DNA of 64,000 nt from an uncultured Gemmatimonadales bacterium (lineage in GTDB: Bacteria > Gemmatimonadota > Gemmatimonadetes > Palauibacterales > Palauibacteraceae): positions 320,001-384,000 of the forward strand of contig CAWANJ010000002.1 in the NCBI GenBank assembly GCA_963783385.1, written 5' to 3'. This document shows positions 62,771 to 64,000 of the stretch, one piece after another; the stretch's first letter is position 1, and each line of letters opens with the position of its first letter. The notes under the pieces are model-generated. The model was not told the origin of the DNA. It made no database searches and worked only from the letters and a program-made list of their open reading frames with translations. A program made the translations under genes and the position numbers.

Positions 62771-64000
62771 GTGAGCCGCTCGATCCGGGTCGCTTCCGGA
62801 CAGGGTTTCTGGGGCGATTGGCAGGAGGCGCCCAAGCTCCAGGTGCGCCGGGGGCCGATCGACTACCTGATGCTCGACTACCTGGCCGAGATCACCATGT
62901 CGATCCTCCAGAAGCAGAAGGAGAGGGATCCGTCCGCCGGCTACGCCCGCGACTTCGTGCCGCTGATGGCCGAGCTGGCCCCCGAGCTGATCGAGCGGGG
63001 CGTCCGCGTGGCCAGCAACGCGGGCGGCGTGAACCCGGAGGGCTGCCGCGAGGCGCTGGTCGAGGCCCTCGCGGGCACGAGCCTCTCCCGGCCGCTGCGG
63101 ATCGCCACGGTGGCCGGGGACGACCTCTCGGGCCGGCTGGACGATCTCCTGGCCGCCGGCCACGAGCTCCGCAACATGGAGACGGGCGAGCCGCTGGCGG
63201 CCGTGCGGGACCGGGTGCAGTCGGCCAATGCCTACCTGGGCGCCGCGCCCATCGTGGAGGCCCTGGAGGGCGGGGCCGACGTGATCGTCACGGGCCGCTC
63301 CACCGACACGGCGCTCACCTACGCCCCCATGATGCACGAGCTCGGCTGGGGGGCCGAAGACTGGGACCGGATCGCGGCCGGGATCGTGGCCGGCCACATC
63401 AACGAGTGCGGCGCCCAGGCGGCGGGCGGGAACACCCTGTACGACTGGCGCTCGGTGGACCTCGTGGAGCCGGGCTACCCGATCGTCGAGATGGACGAGG
63501 GCGGGAGCTTCGTCGTGACCAAGCACCCGGACCTCGGCGGGCGGGTCACGTGGGCCACGGTCACCGAGCAGCTCGTGTACGAGATGGGGGACCCCACCGA
63601 GTACATCACCCCGGACGCGATCGCCGACTTCACCACCATCCACCTCTCGGACGAGGGCGGGGACCGGGTGCGGGTGTCGGGGGTCGAGGGCCGGCCGCGC
63701 ACCGACCGGCTCAAGGTGTCCATCGCCTACCACGCCGGCTGGAAGGCCACCGGGACCCTCACCTACGCGTGGCCCGACGCCCTCGACAAGGCGCGGCGGG
63801 CGGACGAGGTCCTCCGCGGACGGCTGGCCGGCCTCGGCCTGTCCTTCGACGAGATCCGGACCGAGTTCGTGGGCGCGGGGGCATGCCACGGGCCGCGCCT
63901 GGCCGGACCGCCCGCGCCGGACCTGCCGGAGGTGGAGCTGCGGGTGTCGGTGCGCGGGCCCGACCGCGACCCGGTCGAGCGCTTCACGCGCGAGATCGCG
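62771..64000 (+). CDS. AtuA/DUF1446 acyclic terpene utilization family protein (partial)
   Basis: SGQGFWGD, DYLAEITM, NAGGVNP, SANAYLG, GHINECGAQ, EQLVYE. Runs off the window. Confidence 0.88.
   Translation, partial: MSRSIRVASGQGFWGDWQEAPKLQVRRGPIDYLMLDYLAEITMSILQKQKERDPSAGYARDFVPLMAELAPELIERGVRVASNAGGVNPEGCREALVEALAGTSLSRPLRIATVAGDDLSGRLDDLLAAGHELRNMETGEPLAAVRDRVQSANAYLGAAPIVEALEGGADVIVTGRSTDTALTYAPMMHELGWGAEDWDRIAAGIVAGHINECGAQAAGGNTLYDWRSVDLVEPGYPIVEMDEGGSFVVTKHPDLGGRVTWATVTEQLVYEMGDPTEYITPDAIADFTTIHLSDEGGDRVRVSGVEGRPRTDRLKVSIAYHAGWKATGTLTYAWPDALDKARRADEVLRGRLAGLGLSFDEIRTEFVGAGACHGPRLAGPPAPDLPEVELRVSVRGPDRDPVERFTREIA

Noticed and set aside
50-63987. Numerous long Arg/Pro/Gly-rich antisense and alternate-frame ORFs (e.g. 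12372-14996, 61079-63889, N-terminal part of 4866-8723)
   Set aside because: Shadow ORFs expected at very high GC. They overlap well-supported genes and lack motifs.
1-64000. tRNA or rRNA genes
   Set aside because: No cloverleaf or rRNA signature recognised, and intergenic gaps are mostly very short.

Overview
High-GC bacterial chromosome segment. Gene content and order are reminiscent of Gemmatimonadota, but that is an impression, not a classification. Positions 1-43790 and 60708-64000 are housekeeping: alr end, cdd, lipoprotein plus OM barrel, miaB, comEC, fbp, add, 5'-nucleotidase, purF/L/Q/S/C/B, htrA, truA, trpD, lexA, trpC/F/B/A, rqcH, panB/C with a panD stub, rlmN, aspS, phoH, pgpH-like, ybeY, mgtE, meaB, methylmalonyl-CoA mutase subunits, a carboxyltransferase and an AtuA-like gene. 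Many genes carry single-base frameshifts, most likely assembly indels. The accessory part is a ~16.5 kb minus-strand Rhs polymorphic-toxin array (43834-60258) lying between the mutase catalytic-subunit gene and its B12-binding partner. It has one lead Rhs with no recognisable delivery domain, six orphan C-terminal toxin cassettes each followed by a putative immunity gene, one full-length IS21 element and one truncated one. All seven otherwise diverse toxin tails share one design: a small Cys-Cys loop, a TonB-box-like strand, a Gly/Ser linker, then a toxic domain bracketed by two Cys, the last within 5 residues of the C-terminus. All immunity genes look like membrane proteins or exported proteins, and two tails are JAB/MPN+-like enzymes. 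A decayed copy of the mutase 3' end inside the array and short mutase-end-like motifs at cassette junctions hint at how the array grows.
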